From the NCBI GenBank assembly GCA_016291375.1, contig JAEEXE010000006.1:43588-107587 (forward strand): a stretch of DNA of 64,000 nt, written 5' to 3'. Position 1 is the stretch's first letter; every line of letters begins with the position of its first letter. The notes beneath the pieces were generated by a model. That model was not told where the DNA came from. It saw only the letters and a list, made by a program, of their open reading frames with translations, and did no database searches. This stretch comes from Butyrivibrio sp. (GTDB lineage: Bacteria; Bacillota; Clostridia; Lachnospirales; Lachnospiraceae). The translations under genes were made by a program, and so were the position numbers. This document shows positions 40,101 through 50,814 of this stretch, in pieces.

Positions 40101-41777
40101 TCAGAACAGACCGGTGATCTTGCCATTTTCATCAACATCGATGTCATAGGCTGCAGGGTGCTTGGGAAGTCCCGGCATTGTCATGATGGCACCTGTAAGT
40201 GCAACTACAAAGCCTGCTCCTGCAGAAACATAAGCTTCTCTGACTGTAATGTTGTATCCGGTAGGTCTTCCAAGCATAGCCGGATCATCAGAAAGAGAAT
40301 ACTGTGTCTTAGCCATACATACAGGAAGATTACCAAATCCCATAGCTTCGATCTTGGCAAGCTGCTTGGTTGCCGCAGGAGTATAAGTAACTCCGTCAGC
40401 TCCGTATATCTCTGTTGAGATAGCATTGATCTTATCCTTGAGTGAAAGCTCATCAGCATAAATAGGCGCGTAGTTAGAAGGTTTGTTCTTAATGCTGTCC
40501 ACAACCTTCATTGCAAGATCCTCTCCGCCTTCTCCACCTTTTTCCCAAACCTTGGAAAGAGCAAAATTACAGCCTCTCTCCTCGCAGAATTTCTTAACAT
40601 ATTCTGTCTCAGCGTCAGTATCTGTAAGGAAAGAATTAAGAGTAACTACTACAGGTACACCATATTTTTGAATATTCTCAATGTGTTTTTCAAGGTTAAC
40701 GATGCCTTTTTTGAGGGCATCCAGATTCTCTGTTCCAAGCTCAGCCTTAGGAACTCCGCCATTGTACTTAAGAGCTCTGATAGTAGCGACAAGTACAACC
40801 GCATCGGGCTTAAGACCGGCAATCCTACACTTGATATCAAGGAACTTCTCAGCTCCAAGATCAGCACCAAATCCTGCCTCGGTTACTGTATAATCAGCTA
40901 TCTTAAGAGCTGTCTTAGTGGCTCTTACAGAGTTACAGCCGTGGGCAATATTTGCAAAAGGTCCGCCGTGAACAATAACAGGTGTATGCTCAAGTGTCTG
41001 AACAAGATTGGGCTTAAGGGCATCCTTTAAAAGAGCTGCCATAGCGCCGACTGCCTGAAGGTCGCCTGCTGTTACAGGCTCTCCTGCAAAGTTATATGCA
41101 ACAATAATTCTTGAAAGTCTGTCTTTAAGATCATTGATATCACTTGCAAGGCAAAGAATAGCCATGATCTCAGATGCAACAGTAATAACAAAATGATCTT
41201 CTCTTGGTACGCCGTCAGTCTTGGCTCCAAGACCTACAACTATATTTCTGAGAGCTCTGTCGTTCATATCTTCTGCTCTCTTCCATATGATCTGCCTTGT
41301 GTCTATCTGCAATTCGTTGCCCTGCTGAATATGATTGTCCAAAATTGCTGCAAGCAGGTTGTTTGCAGATGTTATGGCATGGAAATCACCTGTGAAATGA
41401 AGGTTAAGATCTTCCATGGGAACTACCTGGGCATATCCGCCACCGGCTGCTCCACCCTTGATTCCAAAGCACGGACCAAGTGAAGGTTCTCTCAAAGCGA
41501 TAACAGTCTTGTATCCAAGCCTTCTAAGTGCATCTCCAAGTCCTACGCTTGTAGTTGTCTTTCCCTCACCTGCAGGGGTTGGATTGATAGCTGTTACAAG
41601 GATAAGCTTTCCTTCCTTGTTGCTCTGCACCTTTTTAAGATATTCCTCGGTAAGTTTAGCCTTGTACTTACCATAGAACTCAAGATCATCCTCAGCGATC
41701 CCGATACCTTCCGCTACATCTCTGATGTGTAGCATTTTTGCTTCCTGTGCGATTTCAATGTCACTTTTAAAAGCCAT
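40101..41777 (-). CDS. fhs: formate-tetrahydrofolate ligase
   Basis: [33 protein letters not shown]. Confidence 0.98.
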   Translation of the reverse strand: MAFKSDIEIAQEAKMLHIRDVAEGIGIAEDDLEFYGKYKAKLTEEYLKKVQSNKEGKLILVTAINPTPAGEGKTTTSVGLGDALRRLGYKTVIALREPSLGPCFGIKGGAAGGGYAQVVPMEDLNLHFTGDFHAITSANNLLAAILDNHIQQGNELQIDTRQIIWKRAEDMNDRALRNIVVGLGAKTDGVPREDHFVITVASEIMAILCLASDINDLKDRLSRIIVAYNFAGEPVTAGDLQAVGAMAALLKDALKPNLVQTLEHTPVIVHGGPFANIAHGCNSVRATKTALKIADYTVTEAGFGADLGAEKFLDIKCRIAGLKPDAVVLVATIRALKYNGGVPKAELGTENLDALKKGIVNLEKHIENIQKYGVPVVVTLNSFLTDTDAETEYVKKFCEERGCNFALSKVWEKGGEGGEDLAMKVVDSIKNKPSNYAPIYADELSLKDKINAISTEIYGADGVTYTPAATKQLAKIEAMGFGNLPVCMAKTQYSLSDDPAMLGRPTGYNITVREAYVSAGAGFVVALTGAIMTMPGLPKHPAAYDIDVDENGKITGLF

Positions 41778-44567
41778 TTATTCTCCTCCTACATACCTCT
41801 CAAACTCAGCTTTGGTCATTAGTACCTTTCTGGGTTTAGTTCCTTCTTCATCACCGACAACACCGGCTTCGCATAATTGATCCATAATTCTGGCCGCTCT
41901 GTTAAAGCCTATCTTAAACACTCTCTGGAGCATACCTATGGATGCTTTTTCTTTATCAATAATGATCTCACCTGCCTGAACAAAATATTCATCTCTGTCG
42001 GAGTCTCCACCTCCCTGGACGGCACCGCTACCGCCACCCTGACTCTGAATATTCTGTATCTGCTGCTCGATCTCATTGGAATAATCCGATTCTATGCCTT
42101 GATTTCTGAGGAAATCCGTAACCGCCTGAACCTCTTTATCAGAAACAAATGCTCCCTGGATTCTGGCAGGCTTGGTGTATCCCTGAGGATAGAATAACAT
42201 ATCTCCTTTTCCGAGAAGCTTCTCGGCACCGTTGATATCAAGAATAGTTCTGGAATCAACACCGCTGGATACCGCAAAAGCCACACGGCTTGGCATATTA
42301 GCCTTAATAAGACCTGTAATAACATCAACCGAAGGTCTCTGAGTAGCAATGATCAAATGAATACCTGCTGCTCTTGCAAGCTGAGTAAGTCTGCATATTG
42401 CATCCTCAACCTCATTGGCAGATACCATCATAAGATCCGCAAGCTCATCTACAATGACAACAATCTGAGGCATAACACTCATCTCAGAATTATCGCTCTT
42501 CTCAGCAAGCTTGTTATATCCCTTAAGGTCACGAACTCCCGCATCAGCAAATTTCTTATATCTGTTTGTCATCTCTGCAACAGCCCAGTTAAGCGCTGCA
42601 GCAGCTTTCTTGGGATCTGTGACAACAGGGATCATAAGATGTGGAATACCATTGTAGACGCTAAGCTCTACAATCTTGGGATCGATCATGATCATCTGCA
42701 CTTCTTCCGGCTTAGCCTTATATATAAGGCTCATGATGATGGTATTAATGCAGACTGATTTACCGGATCCCGTAGCACCCGCAATAAGAAGGTGCGGCAT
42801 CTTACCTATATCAGTAACAACAGTCTTACCTGCTATATCTTTACCTACCGCAAAAGCAAGCTTTGATGAAAAATCCTTAAATTCTCTGGACTCAAAGAGA
42901 TCTCTTAAGGCAACAGCCTGATTCTCTCTGTTGGGAACCTCGATACCTACCGCAGCCTTACCCGGAATAGGTGCTTCAATTCTAATGTCTCTGGCTGCAA
43001 GATTCATCTTGATATCATCAGCAAGTCCAACTATCTTATTAACTCTGACTCCGGCTTCAGGCTGAAGCTCAAATCTCGTAACAGAAGGGCCCTGGCTGAT
43101 ATCTGTAACCGTAACGTTAACTCCGAAGGTCTTAAGTGTCTCCTGAAGCTTAAGAGCTGTCTCTTTAAGCTGCCTTGCAGAGTCTGAATTCTTGTTCCTT
43201 GTACCCTTTTCCAAAAGAGAAAGCGGAGGAAAAGTATATTTCTTATTCATAGTCTTCTTGTGTTCCGCAATTTCTTTTTCCATGCCCACATTAACTGTAT
43301 GAGGGCCGGGACCATCCGGGATATGCGTACTTGAAGGCGCTGAAGATGAAATCTTGGAAGATGCACCGGCGCTTCTTGAAATATGATCCTGTGCATGCAC
43401 AACATAATCACCGTTCATGCCGTTACCAAGATTCTCCGCATGAATAGGAACATCCGGAAGAATATCCTCTTCAGGTGCCATATCTTTGGAAACAGTGGCT
43501 ACAAGCTTACCCTTTGCAACGGGCTGAACTTCCTGAACATCCTCAGGCTCATAGTCATCATAGCCCATGCCATGTATCTTGATACCTGTCTTAAGTACCC
43601 TCTGACCATCAGGCTCAACTTCAGTTTCTATCTCATGCTTCTTTAATATAATCTCATGAATATCATCATGGAATTCGTCTTCATCGGGGATAAAGATATT
43701 CTGCTTCTCATCAGCATGGTCCGCATCATGTATACGGATCTCATTCATATCTTCTCCGTCATCCTCTTCTCTTGAAAGCTCTGTATCAAGCATAACGCCG
43801 CGAACATTCTTCTCCATGCGAAGGATCTTCTCATCCTCTTTTTGCTCGATGGCAAGGCGTTTGTCTTCTTCTATCTGAGCTCTTCTCTGCTCAATCCTCT
43901 CTCTGCGCTCTCTTGAATACTCTCTGTAGTTCGCAGCATCCTCTCTTGTCTTTTCAATAATCTTACGACCACCTTTTTTGATGCCGCCAACAAAAGACTG
44001 CTCTGTAAAAACCACAATACTGGCTATACCAATAAGGAGCAGAAGAAGTGCTGTTCCCGCTATAGATAAATATTTAAATGAAAGATATGCAAGAGAACCC
44101 GCAAAGAATCCTCCACCGTTACGATGCGTTCTTGCTTCATTGAATATATAGGAAATATTGTAAGACTCGGCTCCCTGCGGTCTTCCTACTATAAGTTCCG
44201 CAATCATGCCGATTATTATAAAAAGTATCACCGCGGATACAATCTTACGTGTAGAAGCGCTGGAACCAAAGTTAGCCACTCTGATGACCACACAAAAAAG
44301 CGCTATGAGCGGCGCTATATAGGCTGTAATGCCGAACAAACCAAACAGCACACCGCTGATGGTGTTACCAACTGCTCCGCAGATACCGAAATTACATAAG
44401 AACAAAAATATGGTAAGGGCTACCATTGCAATGACAATAAGCTCACTCTCCAAAGAGTAATCAATCTCGTCATTAATAGGACGGGATGTGCCTCTTGAGC
44501 TCTTCCTTGAAGAAGTGCTTCCATTGGATTTTCTTGTCTGTTTTCTCCCCTTGTTACTCTGTGCCAT
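41778..44567 (-). CDS. ftsK: DNA translocase FtsK/SpoIIIE
   Basis: N-terminal TMs, GATGSGKS, VDELAD, ATQRPS, gamma domain IGFNRAAR. Confidence 0.96.
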   Translation of the reverse strand: MAQSNKGRKQTRKSNGSTSSRKSSRGTSRPINDEIDYSLESELIVIAMVALTIFLFLCNFGICGAVGNTISGVLFGLFGITAYIAPLIALFCVVIRVANFGSSASTRKIVSAVILFIIIGMIAELIVGRPQGAESYNISYIFNEARTHRNGGGFFAGSLAYLSFKYLSIAGTALLLLLIGIASIVVFTEQSFVGGIKKGGRKIIEKTREDAANYREYSRERRERIEQRRAQIEEDKRLAIEQKEDEKILRMEKNVRGVMLDTELSREEDDGEDMNEIRIHDADHADEKQNIFIPDEDEFHDDIHEIILKKHEIETEVEPDGQRVLKTGIKIHGMGYDDYEPEDVQEVQPVAKGKLVATVSKDMAPEEDILPDVPIHAENLGNGMNGDYVVHAQDHISRSAGASSKISSSAPSSTHIPDGPGPHTVNVGMEKEIAEHKKTMNKKYTFPPLSLLEKGTRNKNSDSARQLKETALKLQETLKTFGVNVTVTDISQGPSVTRFELQPEAGVRVNKIVGLADDIKMNLAARDIRIEAPIPGKAAVGIEVPNRENQAVALRDLFESREFKDFSSKLAFAVGKDIAGKTVVTDIGKMPHLLIAGATGSGKSVCINTIIMSLIYKAKPEEVQMIMIDPKIVELSVYNGIPHLMIPVVTDPKKAAAALNWAVAEMTNRYKKFADAGVRDLKGYNKLAEKSDNSEMSVMPQIVVIVDELADLMMVSANEVEDAICRLTQLARAAGIHLIIATQRPSVDVITGLIKANMPSRVAFAVSSGVDSRTILDINGAEKLLGKGDMLFYPQGYTKPARIQGAFVSDKEVQAVTDFLRNQGIESDYSNEIEQQIQNIQSQGGGSGAVQGGGDSDRDEYFVQAGEIIIDKEKASIGMLQRVFKIGFNRAARIMDQLCEAGVVGDEEGTKPRKVLMTKAEFERYVGGE

Positions 44568-44666
44568 GTGATCCCCTTAATTTATACAAAATCTCTATTA
44601 GTATACCATTTTTAGCGCTCTTATGCTATACTAACGTTACTGTTGTTTTATAAAAAGGAGATCACA

Positions 44667-45236
44667 ATGGAATTTAAGCAGGAATTAGAAACCGGCAGCT
44701 TTAAGATGATAGGTAATGCCGAAACATCTCTGAAAATAAAAGAAGTTGCAGAGAAATGCAGACTTGTTCGCTCAGAATCAGGCGTTAGAGTGGAACTTGC
44801 TTATACAGGCCCCAGCGCCAGCAAATATCTGCAGTATATCGAGAAACACAAGGAAGAACTTACTAAGTTCCTTTTACATCCCGATGAGGCAGATCTTTAC
44901 GAATGGCTTGAGATTTCTCACCAGACAGAGGCTTCTCTCAAAAAGCACGAGAAAGAAAAGCTCATTCTCTATGTTAACTTCGATCCCACATCACGTATCA
45001 TGCTTACAGGAATCGCAGATGACAACGTAACACTTAAGCTCGGTGCACCTCTTATGAAGGTCAACATCGATGAGCTTGACAGAAATCAGTTCAAGCTTCG
45101 TATTTACGACATGCTTCTTTTGGCTGACGAGATCGCTGTACTTATGGGTAACTCTGGACTTCGTAAGATGACAGCCATTCAGGTGGTTAAGTCCTATCTC
45201 ACAGAGATCTATGACAAGTATCACGAGAATGTGTGA
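44667..45236 (+). CDS. hypothetical protein
   Basis: AAGGAG RBS, host-like codon usage, followed by a terminator. Confidence 0.75.
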   Translation: MEFKQELETGSFKMIGNAETSLKIKEVAEKCRLVRSESGVRVELAYTGPSASKYLQYIEKHKEELTKFLLHPDEADLYEWLEISHQTEASLKKHEKEKLILYVNFDPTSRIMLTGIADDNVTLKLGAPLMKVNIDELDRNQFKLRIYDMLLLADEIAVLMGNSGLRKMTAIQVVKSYLTEIYDKYHENV

Positions 45237-45261
45237 TCCGTAATTTTTTAATTAAATGCAA

Positions 45262-45308
45262 TAAGAAACGGCATCGCTTTGATAATTCAAGCGATGCCGT
45301 ATTTTTTA
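45262..45308. terminator. bidirectional terminator
   Basis: ACGGCATCGCTT / AAGCGATGCCGT between convergent genes. Confidence 0.85.
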
Positions 45309-45334
45309 TAATTGAGTCGATTAGCTTCCCGGTA

Positions 45335-47104
45335 TTACACGGTAATAAACTGCTTAGTGCTGTCTGAAAGCTGGCTGGTAACACGATTGTTGTTATCCAT
45401 AGCCTCGCCGATACCCTGCATCTGTCCTACGATCTCCGTAGAGTTTGTTGCAGATGTATTGATGGCAACTGTGCTCTCCTGTACAGACTGAGTAATAGAT
45501 GTAACCTGCTCAGACATCTGATCCATGATCACATTGAGATTCTCAGCCTTTTCACTGAACTTGCTAAGCATATCATCAATGATGGATGCTGTATTCTCAT
45601 ACTTCTCTCCAACCTCTACAAATGCATCATAGTCGGAAAGAACTGTTGTATTGATAAATTCAAGCACCTGCATAGCGTTGTCTGAAAGGGTCTTAACAGC
45701 ATCTGTAACGTCCTGGCTGATCTTCTGAATATTGCCGGCTGTCTGTCTGCTGTTCTCTGCAAGTGAGCTGATCTCCTCAGCAACTACCGCAAATCCTCTT
45801 CCAGCCTCACCGGCTCTTGCAGCCTCAATGCTGGCATTAAGCGCAAGAAGGTTGGTCTGTGAAGCGATATCAAGAATAACATTGGTAAGCTCACCGATCT
45901 GGTTAACCTGCTCAGAATCCTGAACTGACTGCTCAAGAACAGAACTAAGTTCTTCCATCTTGCTGCCGGTATTACTCTTCTTATGATTAACCTCTTCCTG
46001 TACGGATTCAGCCTCTGTCTTGATATGCTCTGCTGTTTCCTTACCCTCGGCAACCTCATCGTTAATACTCTGGGTAGCGTTCTTAACGTCAACAAGCTTT
46101 TCTGTCATAGTGCTTGCTGTGGCAGAAACTGTATCCATGCTTGCTGAAAGCTCCTGAAGAGCTGCTGAAGTATTGGTAACATTGTCATTGGCTCTCTGAA
46201 TCTTCTCAGAAACCTCTTCCTCAGATGTAGTAAGGACAACCGTACCGTTCTTAACTTCACGCATAACACTCTGAAGGTTCTCGATGAATCTGTTGAAACC
46301 TTTCTTGAAAAATACAAGCTCGGAATTGGTCTTTGTATTGATCCTTGCTGTAAGATCACCTTTTCCGCTGTCAATATCATTAATGATGCCATTAACTTCA
46401 TTGGATATGGATCTGATTTTCTTAACAATAAGAAAATAGTTAAGAATAAATGTAAGCAGAATGCAGATAAAGAAAATAACAAGACCTGCAACTGACTTAA
46501 CTACAGCCTGATTTCTCTTATTGATCATGTTGTTGATCGATCCGTATGAAATTGCATCAACCGCTGTATCAAGCTCTGTAAGCTGACCGTTGATGGTACC
46601 CATGAGCTCCTTAACTTCGCCTTCCATAACAACGGTACACTGCGCTCCTGCTCCTGATTTAGCAAGATCCATAGCCTGATTTACCAATGTGATATAAGTG
46701 TCCACATTGGAACTGAGCTCCTGTGCTTTAGCAAGTGCATCAACTGAGGGCTGATCGGTCTTGCCCTCAAATACTCCGATAAGAGAATCCATGACAGCTT
46801 TAAGTTCCTGCAGATCTGCTCTTGTCTCTGAATCTATTTCGGGCTTTAAATCCCTGCTTGCATAGATGTAGACAAAAGGCTGCGCAAAAATGTCATAGAT
46901 CTTAGCAGATACATCCCCCTCATATCTGTTTGCAGTTGCCACATACTGAATAAGCTGATTGGAATTGTTTACAGTGTTATCCAATGAATCCATTGTGGTG
47001 AACATTACCGCACTGAACACCATCAGCATCACTACGTTTACAGCAATAACCTGAAACAGAATAGAATGATACCACTTAACTCCTCTTCTCTTTTTGTGCT
47101 CCAT
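45335..47104 (-). CDS. methyl-accepting chemotaxis protein
   Basis: Two TMs, HAMP (GDLT), [32 protein letters not shown]. Confidence 0.96.
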   Translation of the reverse strand: MEHKKRRGVKWYHSILFQVIAVNVVMLMVFSAVMFTTMDSLDNTVNNSNQLIQYVATANRYEGDVSAKIYDIFAQPFVYIYASRDLKPEIDSETRADLQELKAVMDSLIGVFEGKTDQPSVDALAKAQELSSNVDTYITLVNQAMDLAKSGAGAQCTVVMEGEVKELMGTINGQLTELDTAVDAISYGSINNMINKRNQAVVKSVAGLVIFFICILLTFILNYFLIVKKIRSISNEVNGIINDIDSGKGDLTARINTKTNSELVFFKKGFNRFIENLQSVMREVKNGTVVLTTSEEEVSEKIQRANDNVTNTSAALQELSASMDTVSATASTMTEKLVDVKNATQSINDEVAEGKETAEHIKTEAESVQEEVNHKKSNTGSKMEELSSVLEQSVQDSEQVNQIGELTNVILDIASQTNLLALNASIEAARAGEAGRGFAVVAEEISSLAENSRQTAGNIQKISQDVTDAVKTLSDNAMQVLEFINTTVLSDYDAFVEVGEKYENTASIIDDMLSKFSEKAENLNVIMDQMSEQVTSITQSVQESTVAINTSATNSTEIVGQMQGIGEAMDNNNRVTSQLSDSTKQFITV

Positions 47105-47161
47105 ACACTTAGCCTCCATTACTTCTAAAAAAATTTATATATATAAGCCTTAGACTTCAAG

Positions 47162-47959
47162 TTACTCTTTTGCCACGAACAGTGTTCCGACTTTTTTCTT
47201 CTCAATAATATCGTACAGTTTCTCGGGATTCTTGCCGTTAGTAACAAGAACATCAATGCCGTGAGAAGTAGCCAGTTCAGCAGCTTCAAGCTTGGTGATC
47301 ATGCCTCCTGTTCCCCTGTTGGAGCCTGATCCCGAAGCTACCTTCTTAAGTTCATCTGTTATCTCTTCGACTCTGCTGATGACCTTGGCATTAGGATCCG
47401 TCTTAGGATTGCCGTCATAAAGTCCGTCTATATCAGAAAAGATAATAAGCTTACTTGCATTACAGAATATCGCTACAAGAGCTGATAACATATCGTTGTC
47501 GGAGAAAAGCTTTTTTTCCGACTCAATCTCCGTATGGCTTACGGAGTCATTTTCATTGACAATAGGTATAATGTGATTCTCCAAAAGAGCATCGAATGTA
47601 TTCTTTAGGTTCTCGCTTCTGACAGGATTACTGAAATCTGCATTATCAAGTAGTATCTGACCTACCATCCTGTTGTATTCCCCAAAAAACTTATCATAAA
47701 GATGCATGAGCTCAGTCTGTCCAACCGCAGCTGCGGCCTGCTTCATCTTAATCTCCTTAGGTTTCTGTGCAAGTCTCATCTTACCGGCTCCGACAGCTAT
47801 CGCACCGGATGACACAAGCACGAGATCATATCCCAGATTCTCTACCCCCGAAAGAGCTCTGCAAAGATGATCAAGAGCGCGGATATCTACGTTTCCGCTC
47901 TCATTGGTGATGGTAGAAGTACCCACCTTAACTACAATTCTTTTTTTACTAACAGCCAT
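47162..47959 (-). CDS. proB: glutamate 5-kinase (no PUA domain)
   Basis: VVKVGTS, VSSGA, NENDSV, GTGGMITK. Confidence 0.95.
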   Translation of the reverse strand: MAVSKKRIVVKVGTSTITNESGNVDIRALDHLCRALSGVENLGYDLVLVSSGAIAVGAGKMRLAQKPKEIKMKQAAAAVGQTELMHLYDKFFGEYNRMVGQILLDNADFSNPVRSENLKNTFDALLENHIIPIVNENDSVSHTEIESEKKLFSDNDMLSALVAIFCNASKLIIFSDIDGLYDGNPKTDPNAKVISRVEEITDELKKVASGSGSNRGTGGMITKLEAAELATSHGIDVLVTNGKNPEKLYDIIEKKKVGTLFVAKE

Positions 47960-48102
47960 TTTTTTCTTACACTCTCTTATTTGATATAAAATATAGTCTT
48001 CAGTAAAAAATATAGCAAGAAGACAAAATTAACATAAAAAATTTTTAATTGCAATATCCTGATATCTTAATTTTTTGTGTCAAAATAAGATAAAATCCTG
48101 CC

Positions 48103-48609
48103 TCAAGTTCTCTTCTGCACTATGAGACTTCCTGCGGGAATATCACCCTTTACTATGCTACCCGCGCCAATGACAGCGCCTTTTCCGATATGAGTCCCGC
48201 GCAAAATTATAACTCCGGCTCCAACCCACACATCATCATCAATCACAACCTTGGAACTTATAAACTCTCTGTCTGTTTCATTTCTAAAATCGTGGTCGTG
48301 ATCAACAATAACGACATTATTACCAAATTTGCAGTTATTTCCTATTGATACGGATTCTGCGGCAGTAATACATGTTCCTGTGTTAAAAAAACAGTGACTT
48401 CCTATATGAAGTTCTCCATCATCAGCAACAAGATACAGATTGCCTCTGTTCTGGTTAAAACTTCCAAGAGATATCCTGCCCTTGCCATGGATCTCAACAT
48501 GAAGCTTATCAAAGGTCTGAACAGCTCCTGCCGAAAAAGCCGACAGGAATCTGACTTTTTTTAATCCAATGCCTATGAAATTCTTAAGATAAAGAAAGGG
48601 TGATCTCAT
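48103..48609 (-). CDS. hexapeptide-repeat (LbetaH) O-acyltransferase
   Basis: IGNNCKFG, DHDH, VWVGAG...IGAGSIV. Confidence 0.85.
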   Translation of the reverse strand: MRSPFLYLKNFIGIGLKKVRFLSAFSAGAVQTFDKLHVEIHGKGRISLGSFNQNRGNLYLVADDGELHIGSHCFFNTGTCITAAESVSIGNNCKFGNNVVIVDHDHDFRNETDREFISSKVVIDDDVWVGAGVIILRGTHIGKGAVIGAGSIVKGDIPAGSLIVQKRT

Positions 48610-48629
48610 TTTCCCTCCAACTATTGTTA

Positions 48630-49718
48630 TCATAGAAATTCATCATAAGTCTTTTTAAGCTTTTCAAGATGAACTTCAAAGTTATACTCTTTGTCTGCAA
48701 TCTCGTAGCTCTTCCTTGCCGCACGTATATACATATCCTTGTCAGATAAGAGTTTGGCTAACCCGGTGCTGATACTGTCCGTATCTCCGGGCTCTGATAA
48801 AAAGCCGTTCACACCTGCCCTTACAACCTTGGGGATTCCACCTACATTGGTTGAAACAACAGGAAGCCCATAGGACATGGCATCAAGTATCGACATAGGA
48901 AGTCCTTCATCATAAGAAGGAAGCATATATACCGCAGATTCTCTGAGCACTTTTTCTTTTGCTTCACCTCTAAGCCATCCCGGAAAAACAGCATGTTCTT
49001 TGCCGGCAACACTGTAAACATCATATACGATATCATCAACATCAGCTTTGGCGCCGCTTCCGCAGAACATAAATACAGCATCCGGGACCTTAGCCAATGT
49101 CTTTTTAACTATTGCTGCAAAGTCATAACCACCTTTTCTCTTACCAATCTCACCAAGGAAAAGAATCTGTTTATCGCGGAATCTGTCTCCTATAAGGCAC
49201 TCAATGGTCTTTATATCCTGAGGCATACAATAGTTCTCAATAACTGTAAGCTTTTCTCTTGGAACAACTTCAGACATTGTATCTTCCCACTCTTTGGAAA
49301 GTACGATTATCTTGGAAAAATCGTTGTATACCTTTTTTATCAATTTTTTCTTTTTGTTGGAAGCATCGATATAGAAAGTTTTGAAATCCGCCCCATGAAG
49401 ATGGTCAATAACAGGAATACCCTGTTTCTTGGCCAGATACAAGAATGGCTGCATCCTATAAAAGCTAGGTCCAAACGAAGTATGCATATGCACAAGCTCA
49501 GGCTTAAATTCGCGCAACACCTTGCGAAATTCGATTATCCCCTTAATAGCCTTAATGAGCTTCTGGAACTTACTTCCGTTGCAATATGATTCCACATATC
49601 TGATATCATAAGTACTCTCAAGGGCACTGCCGTAATATCCGGAAGTAACCGCAGCTATACCGCCGCGAACATCTTTTTGCTGCACAATCATGCATATTCT
49701 GCGTCTTACATTCGCCAT
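48630..49718 (-). CDS. glycosyltransferase family 4
   Basis: RGGIA, HLHG, KRKG, PSYDEGLPMSILDAM. Confidence 0.9.
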   Translation of the reverse strand: MANVRRRICMIVQQKDVRGGIAAVTSGYYGSALESTYDIRYVESYCNGSKFQKLIKAIKGIIEFRKVLREFKPELVHMHTSFGPSFYRMQPFLYLAKKQGIPVIDHLHGADFKTFYIDASNKKKKLIKKVYNDFSKIIVLSKEWEDTMSEVVPREKLTVIENYCMPQDIKTIECLIGDRFRDKQILFLGEIGKRKGGYDFAAIVKKTLAKVPDAVFMFCGSGAKADVDDIVYDVYSVAGKEHAVFPGWLRGEAKEKVLRESAVYMLPSYDEGLPMSILDAMSYGLPVVSTNVGGIPKVVRAGVNGFLSEPGDTDSISTGLAKLLSDKDMYIRAARKSYEIADKEYNFEVHLEKLKKTYDEFL

Positions 49719-49840
49719 ATGTCGCTCCCTACAAAACCTATATATATATCGGTCATTCTCATCCAAGAGTTTACCTATGAATCACCACTTTATGCAAATA
49801 ATATACCACATTGCACCTAGGTTTAACAGTATTGAGCATA

Positions 49841-49868
49841 AATAAAAAGACGCACTATCATGCGTCTT
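49841..49868 (-). terminator. ssrA terminator
   Basis: AAGACGCA-N6-TGCGTCTT followed by TTTATT. Confidence 0.75.
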
Positions 49869-49875
49869 CCCAAAA

Positions 49876-50225
49876 TGGATTAGGCGGGAGTCGAACCCGC
49901 GTCCAAAAATTCATCCCCTGTACTTCTACTATCATAGTCAATTATTCCGGGATTCTGCATCCCCGTTCCCTCATACCCGCGGTAATTGACAACTGCAAGT
50001 AATCGGTAGCTTCATGATACGACCATGACCGCAAAGCTTAAGCCATGTCGTTTCCTACAAAGTTTGACGCCGATTACCGAATGTGTAGGTGCACCCGGGT
50101 CGACGTGCTGCATTTAGGCAGCTGCTAATTCTGTGTTAGCGTTTAATTTTAATTTGAGGTTTAACGCACCATCCTGCGGATAGCTTCTCCAGCTTCAAAA
50201 TCCCTGTCGAAACCTTTACTAACCC
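49876..50225 (-). ncRNA. ssrA: tmRNA; tag (A)ANTELAAA* at 50140-50114
   Basis: 5' GGGTTAG...TTCGAC; 3' GGACGCGGGTTCGACTCCCGCCTAATCCA; downstream of smpB; promoter TTGATT-17bp-TATACT at 50278-50250. Confidence 0.96.
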
Positions 50226-50294
50226 TTATTCAATTGCTATTGCTACTACAGTATATCGGTAACATCAGATAAAATCAACATATTTAAATGAGCA

Positions 50295-50765
50295 TCATTT
50301 GAATTTAAGCTTGAACTCTTTTTCAACCTCTCTCTGCTGATCCTTCTTGGCCATATCAGCTCTCTTGTCATAGAGCTTCTTACCTTTAGCAAGACCTATC
50401 TCGACCTTAACCTTGCCGTTTTTGAAATAAACCTCAAGAGGCACAAGAGTGTAACCCTGTACCATTTTCTGCTGATCAAGCTTTCTGATCTCAGCCTTGT
50501 GCAAAAGAAGCTTCTTAACTCTCAAGGGATCCTTATTAAAGATATTGCCCTTTTCATAGGGGCTTACATTCATCCCCATGATAAAAGCTTCACCCTTATC
50601 AATACTGATCCAGGCTTCTTTAATACTGCATTTCCCCTGACGTATGGACTTTACTTCTGTTCCAAAAAGCTCAATTCCCGCCTCATATTTATCCTCTATG
50701 AAGTAGTCATGATATGCTTTCTTGTTATTAGCTATAAGCTTTCTTGCCTTATTATCTTCTGCCAT
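50295..50765 (-). CDS. smpB: SsrA-binding protein
   Basis: [28 protein letters not shown]. Confidence 0.98.
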   Translation of the reverse strand: MAEDNKARKLIANNKKAYHDYFIEDKYEAGIELFGTEVKSIRQGKCSIKEAWISIDKGEAFIMGMNVSPYEKGNIFNKDPLRVKKLLLHKAEIRKLDQQKMVQGYTLVPLEVYFKNGKVKVEIGLAKGKKLYDKRADMAKKDQQREVEKEFKLKFK

Positions 50766-50814
50766 TGTTTATACCTTTGTTTTCTTATCTTTCATTTAGA
50801 AAATGAAATCGAAT

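Noticed and set aside
47960-48102. T-box upstream of proB
   Set aside because: Region is too short and AT-rich; no T-box consensus
49811-50002. 63-aa ORF over ssrA (and 10102-10305 over the tRNA)
   Set aside because: Overlap structural RNA genes; spurious
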